IMG/VR virus record: IMGVR_UViG_3300043788_000040
Coordinates: 64,001 to 128,000 of that record
Source: a virus
DNA: 64,000 nt
Direction: 5' to 3' (one strand)
This document shows positions 16,516 to 27,000 of this stretch, piece after piece. Every line of letters starts with the position of its first letter. Positions within the stretch are counted from its first letter, which is position 1. Below the pieces are notes generated by a model, which was not told the origin of the DNA, made no database searches, and worked only from the letters and a program-made list of their open reading frames with translations. The translations under genes and the position numbers were made by a program.

Positions 16516-19500
16516 ATGGACGAACTTTTCCCGCAAGAACAAACAACCGAAACGCCCGCCAAGAAGACACGCAAGCCGCGAGCACCCAAGGCTGAAAAGC
16601 CGAAGAAGGTGAAGCCCGCACGTGACATCCGAACTGTGTTCCGTGAGAAGCTCGCTGGTATAACCGTTGATGGCATCAAGAAGCCATGGATGGCGGAGAA
16701 GGTTTTCCGCTTGGTCACAACGGCGGAGGAGCTTGAGGCATGGGCGGACGGCATTCTAGCCGACACGTCTAGGCACCACGCTTGGGCAGGCAACACTTGC
16801 CCTGTCATTGCAGTTGACACCGAAACGACCAGTCTAGACACCCGCATCTTCACCGACATCAAGCAAGACTCAGATGGTAACTGGTACCTAGTTTATGAAG
16901 TCAAGACTGAGATCGCCGGGGTCTGCCTGTCTGCTGACGGTATTGAGGGGCTGTACATTCCGGTCAACCACGAAAAGGGCGTGAACGTTCCCCGTGCTGA
17001 CGTAGCACGAATCCTCCAGAGGCTCTTTGATAAGTCCCACCTGATTTTCTACAACGGAAAATTTGACCGTGAGGTCATGAAGATCACGCTGGGCATGACG
17101 TTCCGTGGCTACCCCCACTTTGAAGACGTCCAAGTTTTGAACTACATCAACGACCCGAAGGCTGACTTCGGCGACAAGGCAAGCTTTCAAGGCGGTGCGG
17201 AGGGGCTGAAGAAACTCTCCGAACGAGTACTCGGAATTGAACAGATTGAAATTGACGAGGTCGCTAAGGTTCGCTGCCACGTCTGGAACAATGAAACACA
17301 GAAGAACACGCTGAAGCAGAAGGTCGTCCCGTTCACTTGGATTCCACCCGACATCGCTTTGTGGTACGCCGCAGCCGACGCGATATGCACGTGGCTCTTG
17401 TGGAGCCGCATGAAGGACTTGGCACGAAGCCGCAAGCTGGTTCACAGGATTGACCATGAGCTTGTTGATTCGCTCGCATACGTTGAACGCCAGCGCTTCC
17501 TCGTTGACGTGGACCGCCAACACCGCACCGCTCGCTGGCATGGGCGCACACTTGCGGAATTGAAGGCGAAGCTGGTGAAGCTTGCCGAGGCGGCTGGCTG
17601 GACGCAGGAGTTCAATCCTGGTTCCCCTCCGCAACTTGCCAAGTTGCTGTTCACCATGATGGGCTTCACGTCTACCATCACCACCGACAGCGGTGCGAAG
17701 TCTACCAACAAGGAGACGCTGACGGAGCTTGTCAAGGATCACCCGGATAACGAGTTTCTGAAGGCGCTTCAGGACTACCGTGAGCTTGCAGCGCTGCACC
17801 CGGACAACTTGCGCTACGACCCGAAGGACAACTCGGCGAGAATCTACCTCAAGCAGAACGTCGTCGCCGGGGGACGCCTCTCGGGCGGTGGTGGAGAGTT
17901 TGAGAAGGACGGCGGGCTGGAATGGAACCCGCAGGGCGTCAAGAAGCTGGAGAAGGAAGACTTCTGGCGTGTGTACGGCCACGTGTTGGAGCCGGACTCT
18001 GTGGAAGCGTACGACATTGAAGAGCATGATGAGAGTGAGCTTCACCCGTCCTGCTTCGTTGAGGAAAGAGGAGTCAAGACGAAGGCTCCCGGCATCATCA
18101 AGAACCACATCGGTCTGTACCAAGACTATGCGATCTGCCTCGTGCCCGGCTGCAAGACCTGTAGGGACAGGTTCGGTCTTCTGATTGAAGACACGTCGCT
18201 GGATGCGAATCAAGTTGTCAACCTCCGCGTGCTGATGACTGCGCTCAAGGGCTGGACGTTCTTCAGCATTGACTACTCAAACATTGAGATGCGTGCAATG
18301 GCGAACCTGTCCGGTGAGCCGAAGTACGTTCAGGAATTCATGACCGGAAGCGGCGACTTCCATGACCTGACTGCTAAGAACATCTTCCCGCAGTACAGCG
18401 ACCCGACGTCAAAGGACTACAAGTCCAAGACGCTGCGTGGCGTTGCCAAGATCATCAACTTCGCCATCAACTACGGCGGCACTGCTCATGCTATCTACAA
18501 GAACCTGATCAAGAAAGACCCGGCCATGACCATGAAAAGAGCCGAGGAACTGGTTGATAAGTATTGGGCGGGCGTGCCGGAGTTTAGGAAATGGTGCGAC
18601 GTCAAGCAGGCTCGGGCAAAGAATGACTTCGTGACGGAGACCGCTACGGGGCGTGTGATTGACTTCAAGTCGGCGATGGAGCATGAGCACATCCACACAC
18701 CGACGCAGCAGGAAAAGGCGCTCCTGAAAAAGTACTACGACTACAAGCGTGAAGCCAAGGCTGCGAAGGAACGTGGTGACAAGGAAGTTGAGCAGTCGTA
18801 CCAGAACGCAGGAGACAGGCTGTGGAAGAACCCGGAGACGGGCGTCCGCAACGCTATTGACTACAACCAGTTCATCGGTAAGGCGCAGCGCGTGGCGGTC
18901 AACACTCCGGTGCAGGGACTCTGCGGCGACTTCATGCGCATCTCCATCAACCGCATCAAGAAGTGGGTTGAAAAAGACCCGGACGTTCAAAGAGTGTTCC
19001 GTTTCCACGGCTCTGTCCACGACGAAATTGACGTGTCCATCAAGAATGAGTATGTGCCGTTCATTCTGCCACGTCTCACACGCTGGATGAAGCTGCGCAA
19101 GTACCACGAGAGTATGCAGTGGCCCGTTCCCATTGAGTGCGATGCGGAATATGGTCGTAGCTGGGATGTGGACTGGAGCATCAACAAGGTCGGGTACACG
19201 TACATTGACGGTCTTGAGACCTACGTGCCTGACGTGTTCAACTCGGTCACGATCAACAATCTGTACAAGGCTATCGCCTCTGGCGACGAGACGAAACGTG
19301 AGAAGGCTAAGGGCTACCTTCAGCAGTCACTTCATCCACGTGCCTTTGAGTCCACGAAAACCCTGTTCAAATCGCAGGACAGGAAAGAAATCCAGAACCA
19401 GCTTATCGCCGTGCTCCAGCTTCACGAGTACTGGACGATTGATCACACGCCAGACGGAGACGACGGTGACAAGAGTCTTGAGACGCTGGCACAGTACGAG

Positions 19501-19731
19501 GAACGCATGGGCATCAGCGCACGTGATCCGCTCTGCCCGGAGTTCGGGTACATGGGGCCGATTCCGCTGGACAACCCGAATGTGATCCGCCCGGAACCGA
19601 ATCTGCTTGACGGACCAGTCGGCGAGATTACGACCCCGGAAACTTCCGAACCGCAAACGGAAGAAACTGCTTGGGTTGAGACTTCTCTTGACGATCCGCA
19701 GGCCTTCCTGACGCATAAAGTAGGAGCGTAG
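16516..19731 (+). CDS. DNA polymerase family A with 3'-5' exonuclease
   Basis: VDTET, YNGKFD, YAAADA exonuclease motifs; DYSNIEMR (A), KIINFAINYG (B), VHDEI (C). Confidence 0.97.
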   Translation: MDELFPQEQTTETPAKKTRKPRAPKAEKPKKVKPARDIRTVFREKLAGITVDGIKKPWMAEKVFRLVTTAEELEAWADGILADTSRHHAWAGNTCPVIAVDTETTSLDTRIFTDIKQDSDGNWYLVYEVKTEIAGVCLSADGIEGLYIPVNHEKGVNVPRADVARILQRLFDKSHLIFYNGKFDREVMKITLGMTFRGYPHFEDVQVLNYINDPKADFGDKASFQGGAEGLKKLSERVLGIEQIEIDEVAKVRCHVWNNETQKNTLKQKVVPFTWIPPDIALWYAAADAICTWLLWSRMKDLARSRKLVHRIDHELVDSLAYVERQRFLVDVDRQHRTARWHGRTLAELKAKLVKLAEAAGWTQEFNPGSPPQLAKLLFTMMGFTSTITTDSGAKSTNKETLTELVKDHPDNEFLKALQDYRELAALHPDNLRYDPKDNSARIYLKQNVVAGGRLSGGGGEFEKDGGLEWNPQGVKKLEKEDFWRVYGHVLEPDSVEAYDIEEHDESELHPSCFVEERGVKTKAPGIIKNHIGLYQDYAICLVPGCKTCRDRFGLLIEDTSLDANQVVNLRVLMTALKGWTFFSIDYSNIEMRAMANLSGEPKYVQEFMTGSGDFHDLTAKNIFPQYSDPTSKDYKSKTLRGVAKIINFAINYGGTAHAIYKNLIKKDPAMTMKRAEELVDKYWAGVPEFRKWCDVKQARAKNDFVTETATGRVIDFKSAMEHEHIHTPTQQEKALLKKYYDYKREAKAAKERGDKEVEQSYQNAGDRLWKNPETGVRNAIDYNQFIGKAQRVAVNTPVQGLCGDFMRISINRIKKWVEKDPDVQRVFRFHGSVHDEIDVSIKNEYVPFILPRLTRWMKLRKYHESMQWPVPIECDAEYGRSWDVDWSINKVGYTYIDGLETYVPDVFNSVTINNLYKAIASGDETKREKAKGYLQQSLHPRAFESTKTLFKSQDRKEIQNQLIAVLQLHEYWTIDHTPDGDDGDKSLETLAQYEERMGISARDPLCPEFGYMGPIPLDNPNVIRPEPNLLDGPVGEITTPETSEPQTEETAWVETSLDDPQAFLTHKVGA

Positions 19732-19732
19732 G

Positions 19733-20539
19733 ATGGCGGGTTCAGAACACAAGCATAAGCGCTGCCCGCAGTGCGGCGGCGAGATTGACTACTTCGGCTC
19801 GTGCCGCAGGTGCGGTCGCGAATGGACCGAAACCCTCGAAGACGACGAGGTCGCCGATGGTCTGCCCGAGGGACAGCAGCACCCGGCTGAGATAAAGCCC
19901 CCGCCCAGCAAGAAGCCCCGCAAGAACCGCTACACGAAGTCATCCAAACAGGCTGCCTCGGCTGACAAGTACTCCCTCTGGCGCATAGACGCCGACAACG
20001 ACGACGACACCGAGATTACCAGAAAGCGTTCGTTGATGCGGCTGGATTCCCGCAAGACATACAACGCAATGGGGTTGTCCCTCCGTGCGCACGAGGCGGA
20101 GAAAGCCGCGCTGCTGTGGCTTTCAAGGTTGTGGGAGTTCTTGTCTAAGGAAGAGCAGGATGCACTCACTCCGGCTGTTGATCACCTGAAGCGCAGCTTT
20201 GCGGATGTCAGGCTTGTAGCGCAGTCAAAAGTCAACGAAGCGGCACGGATGGAAATAGAGTTGGAGAAAGAGCACAAGGCGGCACGGACGGCTCGCATTC
20301 GGCTCATAAAAGCGGCAACCAAGAAACAGGTAGAGGCAGCCAAGCAGATCACACCGGGGCAGGACACGGAAGGCATGAACCTTCCCGATCCAGCGGTACT
20401 TGACCCGAAGGCGCTGGGGCTGCTTTCGCAAGAGGACCTTCTGGAACTTGCCAAGGAGAAACTGTCTAACCTTGACCAAGAGAAGGCTTTGCGGCGTCGC
20501 ACCGAGCGCCCCACGGACGATGACAGCCCAGAGGAATAA
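19733..20539 (+). CDS. Hypothetical protein with N-terminal zinc ribbon
   Basis: CPQCG...CRRCG. Confidence 0.7.
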   Translation: MAGSEHKHKRCPQCGGEIDYFGSCRRCGREWTETLEDDEVADGLPEGQQHPAEIKPPPSKKPRKNRYTKSSKQAASADKYSLWRIDADNDDDTEITRKRSLMRLDSRKTYNAMGLSLRAHEAEKAALLWLSRLWEFLSKEEQDALTPAVDHLKRSFADVRLVAQSKVNEAARMEIELEKEHKAARTARIRLIKAATKKQVEAAKQITPGQDTEGMNLPDPAVLDPKALGLLSQEDLLELAKEKLSNLDQEKALRRRTERPTDDDSPEE

Positions 20540-20574
20540 AGCTGGCTATCTGATTGCATTTATAGGGAATAAGC

Positions 20575-23211
20575 ATGGCAGACGAGAAAAAGCCCTCCAA
20601 GCGTGTCCGTAACGGCAACGTGCAGGTGGGTAAAACCATTGAATCCCGCAAGGTAGCGACCGCCACCGACAAGGATGGGGTCGTCCGTGAGTTTGCGTCT
20701 GCCGGGCGCTACACCACCTTTGACGGCAAGGAAATCCGTGACGACGTAGCCTACCGCACCAAGCTCCGCTCCCTGCGTGGGCTGGCTGACTCCTTCCTTG
20801 GCGATGATGAGACCCGCCAGTCCGGCAAGATGGCAGGTATGTTCGGCGGCGACGGTGGTCTCGGCTACGCTGACATTGCCGACTCCAACAACATCGGCTA
20901 CTACTCCTACGAATTCCCGGTTGACGCACTTGAACTCCCCGCCTCCCGTGCTGAAGAACTTCGTTTCTATCGCCTCGCATACGACCGTGATCCCATCGTC
21001 GGCCGTGCCATTGACTTGCACACCGAGCTTCCGCTGTCCAAGATGGAACTCAGCAAGCCGAAGTCTTCCAGCGAGGAATACGCGGACTTTGTTTTTGACG
21101 AATATCAGCGTGTCGTGCAAAGCACGAGGTTGTTTCAAGTCCTGATTGATGCGGTGCGTGAGTACTGGACAATCGGCGAGACCTTCATCTTCGTTGAGAA
21201 GCCAGCCGACATTGAGCCATGCAAGGAAGCGACGAAGCAGCTTGAGAAGGGCAAGAAGGGCGACGCAGCCGAACCCGGCAAAGAGTCCCAGTTCAACACC
21301 CCGCTGGGCGGCACGTCCGACCGGATCATTGAGTACCTTGAACCGTCAAAGAAATCCTCGTGGTTAAAGAAGCGTGCCTTTGAGATTGACAGGCTGGTGA
21401 AAGCTGGGGTCGGTTTTGACTTTGATGAGGATGTTGAAAAGGTCGCAGGAGCCATCAAGGAGAAGCGTGCTTCGCTGAACCAGAAGACACGCAAGTACGC
21501 GAAGGTTGCTGGAGTCCCGGCTAAGAAGCTTGCGAAGCTCATCATAGCGGCGGACTCAGGCGGCACCCTCGCCCTTGACAGGATCGCGGCGCTCGCCAAG
21601 GCGACGCTGGCGAAACTCATCGGTCGCACCGACGTAGACGACTCACTCAACGCCCCGATCCAGCAGATCGCAGCCATTACCAAGACCGCACAGCCTCCCG
21701 GTGTCACTGACCCCGGCGCTGCGGCTCCGGCTGCTCCCGCTGCGGGCGGTGCTGGTGAAGCTGGCGGCGGCGCACCTCCGGGCGCTGAAGGCGAAGCTTT
21801 ACCTAGCGTTCCTGGTGCCGAAGGTGCCATGCCGGGCGCAGAGGGCGCTCCCCTCGGCGATGCCGGGCTTGGCGACATTGATGGCGGTGGCGGTATGCCC
21901 ATGGGTGGCGGTGGAGGCGGTGGAGCAGGTATCCCCGCTGACATGGCTGGCGAGGCGCAGGACGCCATCGCAACTGGCGCAAGCATCACGGCGCAGCGTG
22001 AACTCATGGAGATGAAGCACCTCCTCGGCTTGCTTGAAAAGAAGAAGGAACTGCTTGAGGAGTTGAAGGAAATCCGTGAGAAGAAGCAGGAAGAGCTTGA
22101 GCTTTTCTCGCACATCACCAACAAGGACTACGACGGACCGACGAAGATTCAAATCCTGCCCCCGGAACAGATGGAGATCGCCAACGAGGGTCAGATGGAA
22201 GACGGCCCGACGATCTACTACAAACCGCCCGAGAACCAGAAGCAGGCGTATCTGGAAGACCCGGATGTGCCGTCTGAGGTCAAGGAAAAGATTCAGACCG
22301 AGGGTAAGATTCCGCTCAATCAAGACCCGATGAAGGGCAGCTATGTGATTCACCTTGCCCGCAAGAAGTCGGGCTATGAGCTTCACGGGCGCTCAATCCT
22401 TCAGCGCTGCATCCGCACGGTCATCTACCGTGAGAAGCTGCGCCAAGTTCAGTCCACGCTGGCGTCCCGCAACATGACGCCGAAGACCATGGTCATCGCA
22501 CCGGGCATCCCGACGTCTGAAGTCATGGCTCTCCGTGCTCACATTGACGAGGCAAAGGCTGATCCAGACTACTCCGTCGTGCTCAACTACGAAGCCCGCT
22601 GGGACGAAATCGGTTCCGAGGGTCGCCTGCTTGTGCTTGACGGCGAGTACTCGCACACCAACTCAGACTTGGCAATTGGTCTGGGTTTGTCCCCCGAAAT
22701 CCTGATCGGTGAGGGCATGTATTCCGGCAACCGCATTCAGATGCAGTTGATTGAGACCTCGTACACGCAGTTCCGTGACTTGCTCACGGGCATCATTGAA
22801 GACCAAATCTTCAAGCCCATCGCCATGGAGAAGGGCTTCTATGAGATGGACAAGTACGGACGCCCGCGCTGGATTTTCCCGAAGGTGTCATTCAGCCGCA
22901 TGGCTCTCCGCGACTCCGGCGACCTGTACGACATGCTGTTCAACCTGTACAGCAAGGGTTCGCTCCCGGTTGACATCATTTACGAGTTCTTGAACCTCGA
23001 CCCCGAGGACTGCGAACGCAAGCTTGAGGACGCACTTTTCACGGTCAAAGACAGCAAATTCAACGAGATGCTCAGTAATATCTATGGTTCGGTGGGCGAG
23101 TGGATGATGGCGAACACCGACCTTGGCAAGCGCCTAACCAAGGGTCTGACTTTGAACGAGGTAGACCATACCGAGGACGAAGGACCAGAGGGTTCTGGCG
23201 AAGGTGTCTAA
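20575..23211 (+). CDS. Probable portal protein with long low-complexity insertion
   Basis: DPIVGRAIDLHTELP, REYWTIGETF, IHLARK..YELHGRSILQR pattern resembles large-phage portals; precedes virion genes. Confidence 0.6.
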   Translation: MADEKKPSKRVRNGNVQVGKTIESRKVATATDKDGVVREFASAGRYTTFDGKEIRDDVAYRTKLRSLRGLADSFLGDDETRQSGKMAGMFGGDGGLGYADIADSNNIGYYSYEFPVDALELPASRAEELRFYRLAYDRDPIVGRAIDLHTELPLSKMELSKPKSSSEEYADFVFDEYQRVVQSTRLFQVLIDAVREYWTIGETFIFVEKPADIEPCKEATKQLEKGKKGDAAEPGKESQFNTPLGGTSDRIIEYLEPSKKSSWLKKRAFEIDRLVKAGVGFDFDEDVEKVAGAIKEKRASLNQKTRKYAKVAGVPAKKLAKLIIAADSGGTLALDRIAALAKATLAKLIGRTDVDDSLNAPIQQIAAITKTAQPPGVTDPGAAAPAAPAAGGAGEAGGGAPPGAEGEALPSVPGAEGAMPGAEGAPLGDAGLGDIDGGGGMPMGGGGGGGAGIPADMAGEAQDAIATGASITAQRELMEMKHLLGLLEKKKELLEELKEIREKKQEELELFSHITNKDYDGPTKIQILPPEQMEIANEGQMEDGPTIYYKPPENQKQAYLEDPDVPSEVKEKIQTEGKIPLNQDPMKGSYVIHLARKKSGYELHGRSILQRCIRTVIYREKLRQVQSTLASRNMTPKTMVIAPGIPTSEVMALRAHIDEAKADPDYSVVLNYEARWDEIGSEGRLLVLDGEYSHTNSDLAIGLGLSPEILIGEGMYSGNRIQMQLIETSYTQFRDLLTGIIEDQIFKPIAMEKGFYEMDKYGRPRWIFPKVSFSRMALRDSGDLYDMLFNLYSKGSLPVDIIYEFLNLDPEDCERKLEDALFTVKDSKFNEMLSNIYGSVGEWMMANTDLGKRLTKGLTLNEVDHTEDEGPEGSGEGV

Positions 23212-23248
23212 TTTTCCGGCTTTCAAGCCCTAATTTGAGGGACAACTC

Positions 23249-23935
23249 ATGGCAATCGTAAACGGCAATAAGATCACAAGCATCATGGTATCAGCCGCCA
23301 ACGGCGATACTTATGGCGACGCTGAGCGCAAGCTTTTCCGTGGCATCCAGTCGCTCGTCATGCCCAACGTCATTAGCATGGCGCTGAACACACCCCCAGT
23401 CTCGCCGACCTTCGGTCAGACCTACGTGGTCGCCTCTTCCCCCTCCGGCGCGTGGGCTGGACAGGCGAACAGCATCACGGCGTGGGCTATTGACCCCCAA
23501 GACGGCACTGTCACCTCCGGCGCATGGGAATTCTATGCACCGCAGACTGGCTGGCGTGTTTACGACCAGAACACCAATGCTTTCTACACATGGAGCGGTT
23601 CGGCATGGGTTCTGGACAAGTCGGCTCCCAAGCTGGCTGTCACAGCAACCGCGACGACCACTCTCAGCCCTGCCTCCAATAGCAGCTTCCGTGTCAACCT
23701 GAACAACAACGCCACTGTCACCCTCAACATTAACAACGGCGCGTTTGACGGTCAGGAAATCACGATTCTGTACGTTCAAGGCGGCACAACCGGATCAACG
23801 GTCACCGCGGCAGCCAACGTTCACGGCTTCACGACCCCGTCTGCTGGACTCAATACCGTGTCCGCACAGCGGTTTACGTGGGATGTCACGAACACCACCT
23901 GGTACGCCCTGGCTGTTGGCACCACAGGCATGTAA
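23249..23935 (+). CDS. DUF2793-like virion-associated protein
   Basis: PPVSPTFGQTYVV..SGAWAGQ..W.FYAPQTGWRVY. Confidence 0.7.
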   Translation: MAIVNGNKITSIMVSAANGDTYGDAERKLFRGIQSLVMPNVISMALNTPPVSPTFGQTYVVASSPSGAWAGQANSITAWAIDPQDGTVTSGAWEFYAPQTGWRVYDQNTNAFYTWSGSAWVLDKSAPKLAVTATATTTLSPASNSSFRVNLNNNATVTLNINNGAFDGQEITILYVQGGTTGSTVTAAANVHGFTTPSAGLNTVSAQRFTWDVTNTTWYALAVGTTGM

Positions 23936-23962
23936 GCCTGAACGCCACGCTCAAAATACTGG

Positions 23963-23995
23963 AAAGGCGGCACTTACAAAGTGCCGCCTTTTCTT
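23963..23995 (+). terminator. Intrinsic terminator
   Basis: AAAGGCGGCACT/AGTGCCGCCTTT plus T tract. Confidence 0.85.
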
Positions 23996-24029
23996 GTCTT
24001 TGGCGAGCCTTTAGTAGGGGAATGACGCC

Positions 24030-27000
24030 TTGATCACTACGCTCGACACGCTTAGCTGGAGTCCTGAGCTTGTAACAGGCAACGCTGAATTCATCGAACT
24101 TTCGCAGCCCGGATTTGGTTCGGGCTTCTACGGCTTCGGTCCCTTCGGCGGCGGAACTGGCGCGAGCATCTTCGTCATCTCCAACGTTCGCAACAACAGC
24201 GCTGGATTCGGATTTGATTTCGGAGTAACTTTCGGCAGTCAGTTCAGCTTTGAAGTTCTGCAATCAGGTGCGACGCCTCCGGCTCCCGGACCCGGATCAA
24301 CATTTCAGACAGTCGCTTCCTACGTATTTCCACAACCGAACTACACATTTGACCCGGTGGCGGTCTACGCCCCTGCGATCTTCGTGGCTCCGCCAGGATT
24401 TGGTACTGGTACATTCGGCTCTGGACCATTCGGCGAGGTGATTCCCAACGCGAACCCAGCGATCCACATCGTTGGCACCCGCAACACGCCCACGGGTGCG
24501 ATCACATCAAGCAATCAGTATAGCGACGTAATCAAGTTCACGTACGATACGGTTGCGCAAACCCTGACTGGACCGATTGTATTGAGTTCCGGCACACGTA
24601 TTCGAGGAGCCTACGACATCGCGGTGCTCCCGAACGGGAACCAAGTTGTTGCCATGGCTCTTGCAGAACCCGCCATCCAAGGCTCCAACCAAGTCACTTT
24701 CGTCTCGGTTCAGAACAATATCGCAACGTTGACTTTTGCTGGCGACATAACCCCGTTCGTCCCCGGTCAGTGGGTGCTTCTTGACAACTTTGCCAACGCA
24801 GGATTTCTGAATGGGCAGCTAGTGCAGGTGATCTCCGCGAACAGCGGCTCGTTCTCCTTTGTCTTCCAGCTTCCGACCACGGGCTTCGGCATCAACTTCG
24901 GCAACATGTTCGGCAGCTACAGCCAGCCGGAAACTGCGACCCCATTCGCCTATGCCACGCCAGTGGGCGACTGCATCCTTGTCGTGGAGCTTGACGCAAA
25001 TAGCGCCGTCCCGCAGGGATTCGGCTACATTTTCGGCGAGAGCTTTGGCAGCAATGAGGTGGTGCTCGCTGCGACCATCATTGAAAGTTCCCCCGCCCGT
25101 AGCGGGAACTCCTTTGACGCCCTGTCGCTGGTAACTGACGGGAACAACATTGAACTTTACTATCAGACGCACCCGAAGGTGGTCACGTTCCAAGATCAAG
25201 TCTTCACGATCAAGCTAGCTACTGCCGTCCCCGCTGACTTCGGGTACGACTTCGGATTTTCATTTGGGTCCGGCCCGCTGGCTTGGAACCTGCCAGCGAC
25301 GGTGCTCACGACGTACACCGCAAGGTACTCGGACAACAGGCTCACGGTCATCGCCGACGCGGCTGGTAACCGCTATCTCAGCCAGACATACTGGAACCAG
25401 TTCAATCATCCATACGGCATTCTTGGCAATGCTCTTATCGGATACAAGCCATCCGCTGGACCTTGGTTCTTCCACTCAGCCATCGGTTCGTTCATGGGCG
25501 GTTCCATCATCCAGAGCACTCTTGCAATCGCCCAAGACGGCACGGTCAACCTCGTGTATCTGCTCCAGCCCTTTGACCAGATCACCAACCCTCCGTCTGC
25601 GACTGTGGCTGCGTGGCCCTTGCAGGTCGCCACGGTGACCACGAACCCCCCGACTCTTGATCTCACACAAGTGCCGGGCTTCTACAACGATGTCAACTTC
25701 ACGTGGCTGCGTGGAACCAAGTCTGCGATTGACGACGGATCAGTGTGGGCTATCGTGGGCGAACGAGAAATCCTAACGACCGTCTCGGGAGAACAACAGA
25801 CGATCCCGGCTCTCCCAGCGCAGACCGCCGTCCAAGTTACGAACCACGTCGGCTACTTTGAGAACATCGCGGTTAATTACGCCATATCTGGTATCCCCCT
25901 CATACAGGTTGCGACTGCTCCTGATGAGGGACAGTACACCGTTGAGCCGTCTACCGGGGAGTACTCGTTCAACAGAAATGATGCTGGCGCACGGATCATA
26001 ATCAGCTACAACTACGTCTCAAGCATCCAGCCAGTTTACGTGAGTCTGTTCAACGTCCCTCCGGTCGCCGTGCTCTCGCCCGAGGTCGTGACAGTGTATC
26101 GTGGCGGTACGTTCTACTCAACCGACACAGCAAACATCACGCAGATCAACCTCACCGGGGGCAGCGTCACCGTCATCGTCAACAACGATTTCAAAGTGGG
26201 GGATCAGGTAGCCATGTACGGCATCAGCGGTGCGGTTGGGCCGTTCGGTCAAGGCCCCTTCGGCGCTGGACTATTCAGCCCGGCGTTCAACGCCACTGCA
26301 TCATTCCTAAACGGCATCCTGCTGACTGTAGCCAGTGCGACGGCTACTCAGTTCACCGCTTTCTTCTCCCCGCAGCTTGCGGCGACAGTAGAGTTGCTGA
26401 GTGAGTTGGGCTTCGGCTTCAATTTCGGTAACAGCTTCAGCGAATTCAGCGAGCTAGTGTCGGGCACCGTTGCCGATCTCATACCTGGGGCGCTCACCCT
26501 TTCTGCTGCTGGGTCAACCGATGCGGACAACGATGCGTTGGAGTTCTTCTGGTCGGAAAACGATCCCGATCTCAAGGACGTTACGCTTACACCTAACGGC
26601 AGTCAAGCCACCCTCAACGTGGCGAGAAAAGTGGGACCAGCATCACGTAACTTCAACGTGGGCGTCTCGGTAGTTGACCTCAATCCAGACCTCATCACCC
26701 AGAGACATCCCGCTCTGTTGATCTCAAACGCCACGGTCACAGGAGCCGATAGCATAACGCTTACTTTTGCGCCTCCGGGCGGCGCAGGCTTTGGCGCTGC
26801 CTTCGGCGCACAGTTCGGCTTGCCCGTTCCTGCGGGAGCCGTTGTTCCCATCGCAGGCGATCAAGTCATGATGTACGACATGATGCTGACTGCACCGCAA
26901 CCTCCGACGTTGGGTCAGATACCGGGTGGTTCGCTGCCTCCGCAGCCCAACCTATCCGTAATCATCACGTATGTGAACAACGCAGGCGAAACGGTTGGAA

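Noticed and set aside
17940-18220. Intein in the DNA polymerase insertion
   Set aside because: No C/S start with HN-C/S/T end or LAGLIDADG motifs; too short
16888-19107. Long antisense ORFs inside the polymerase (and similar ones in the portal and TROVE genes, e.g. 63026-63922)
   Set aside because: Shadow ORFs from GC-rich codon bias opposite clearly identified genes
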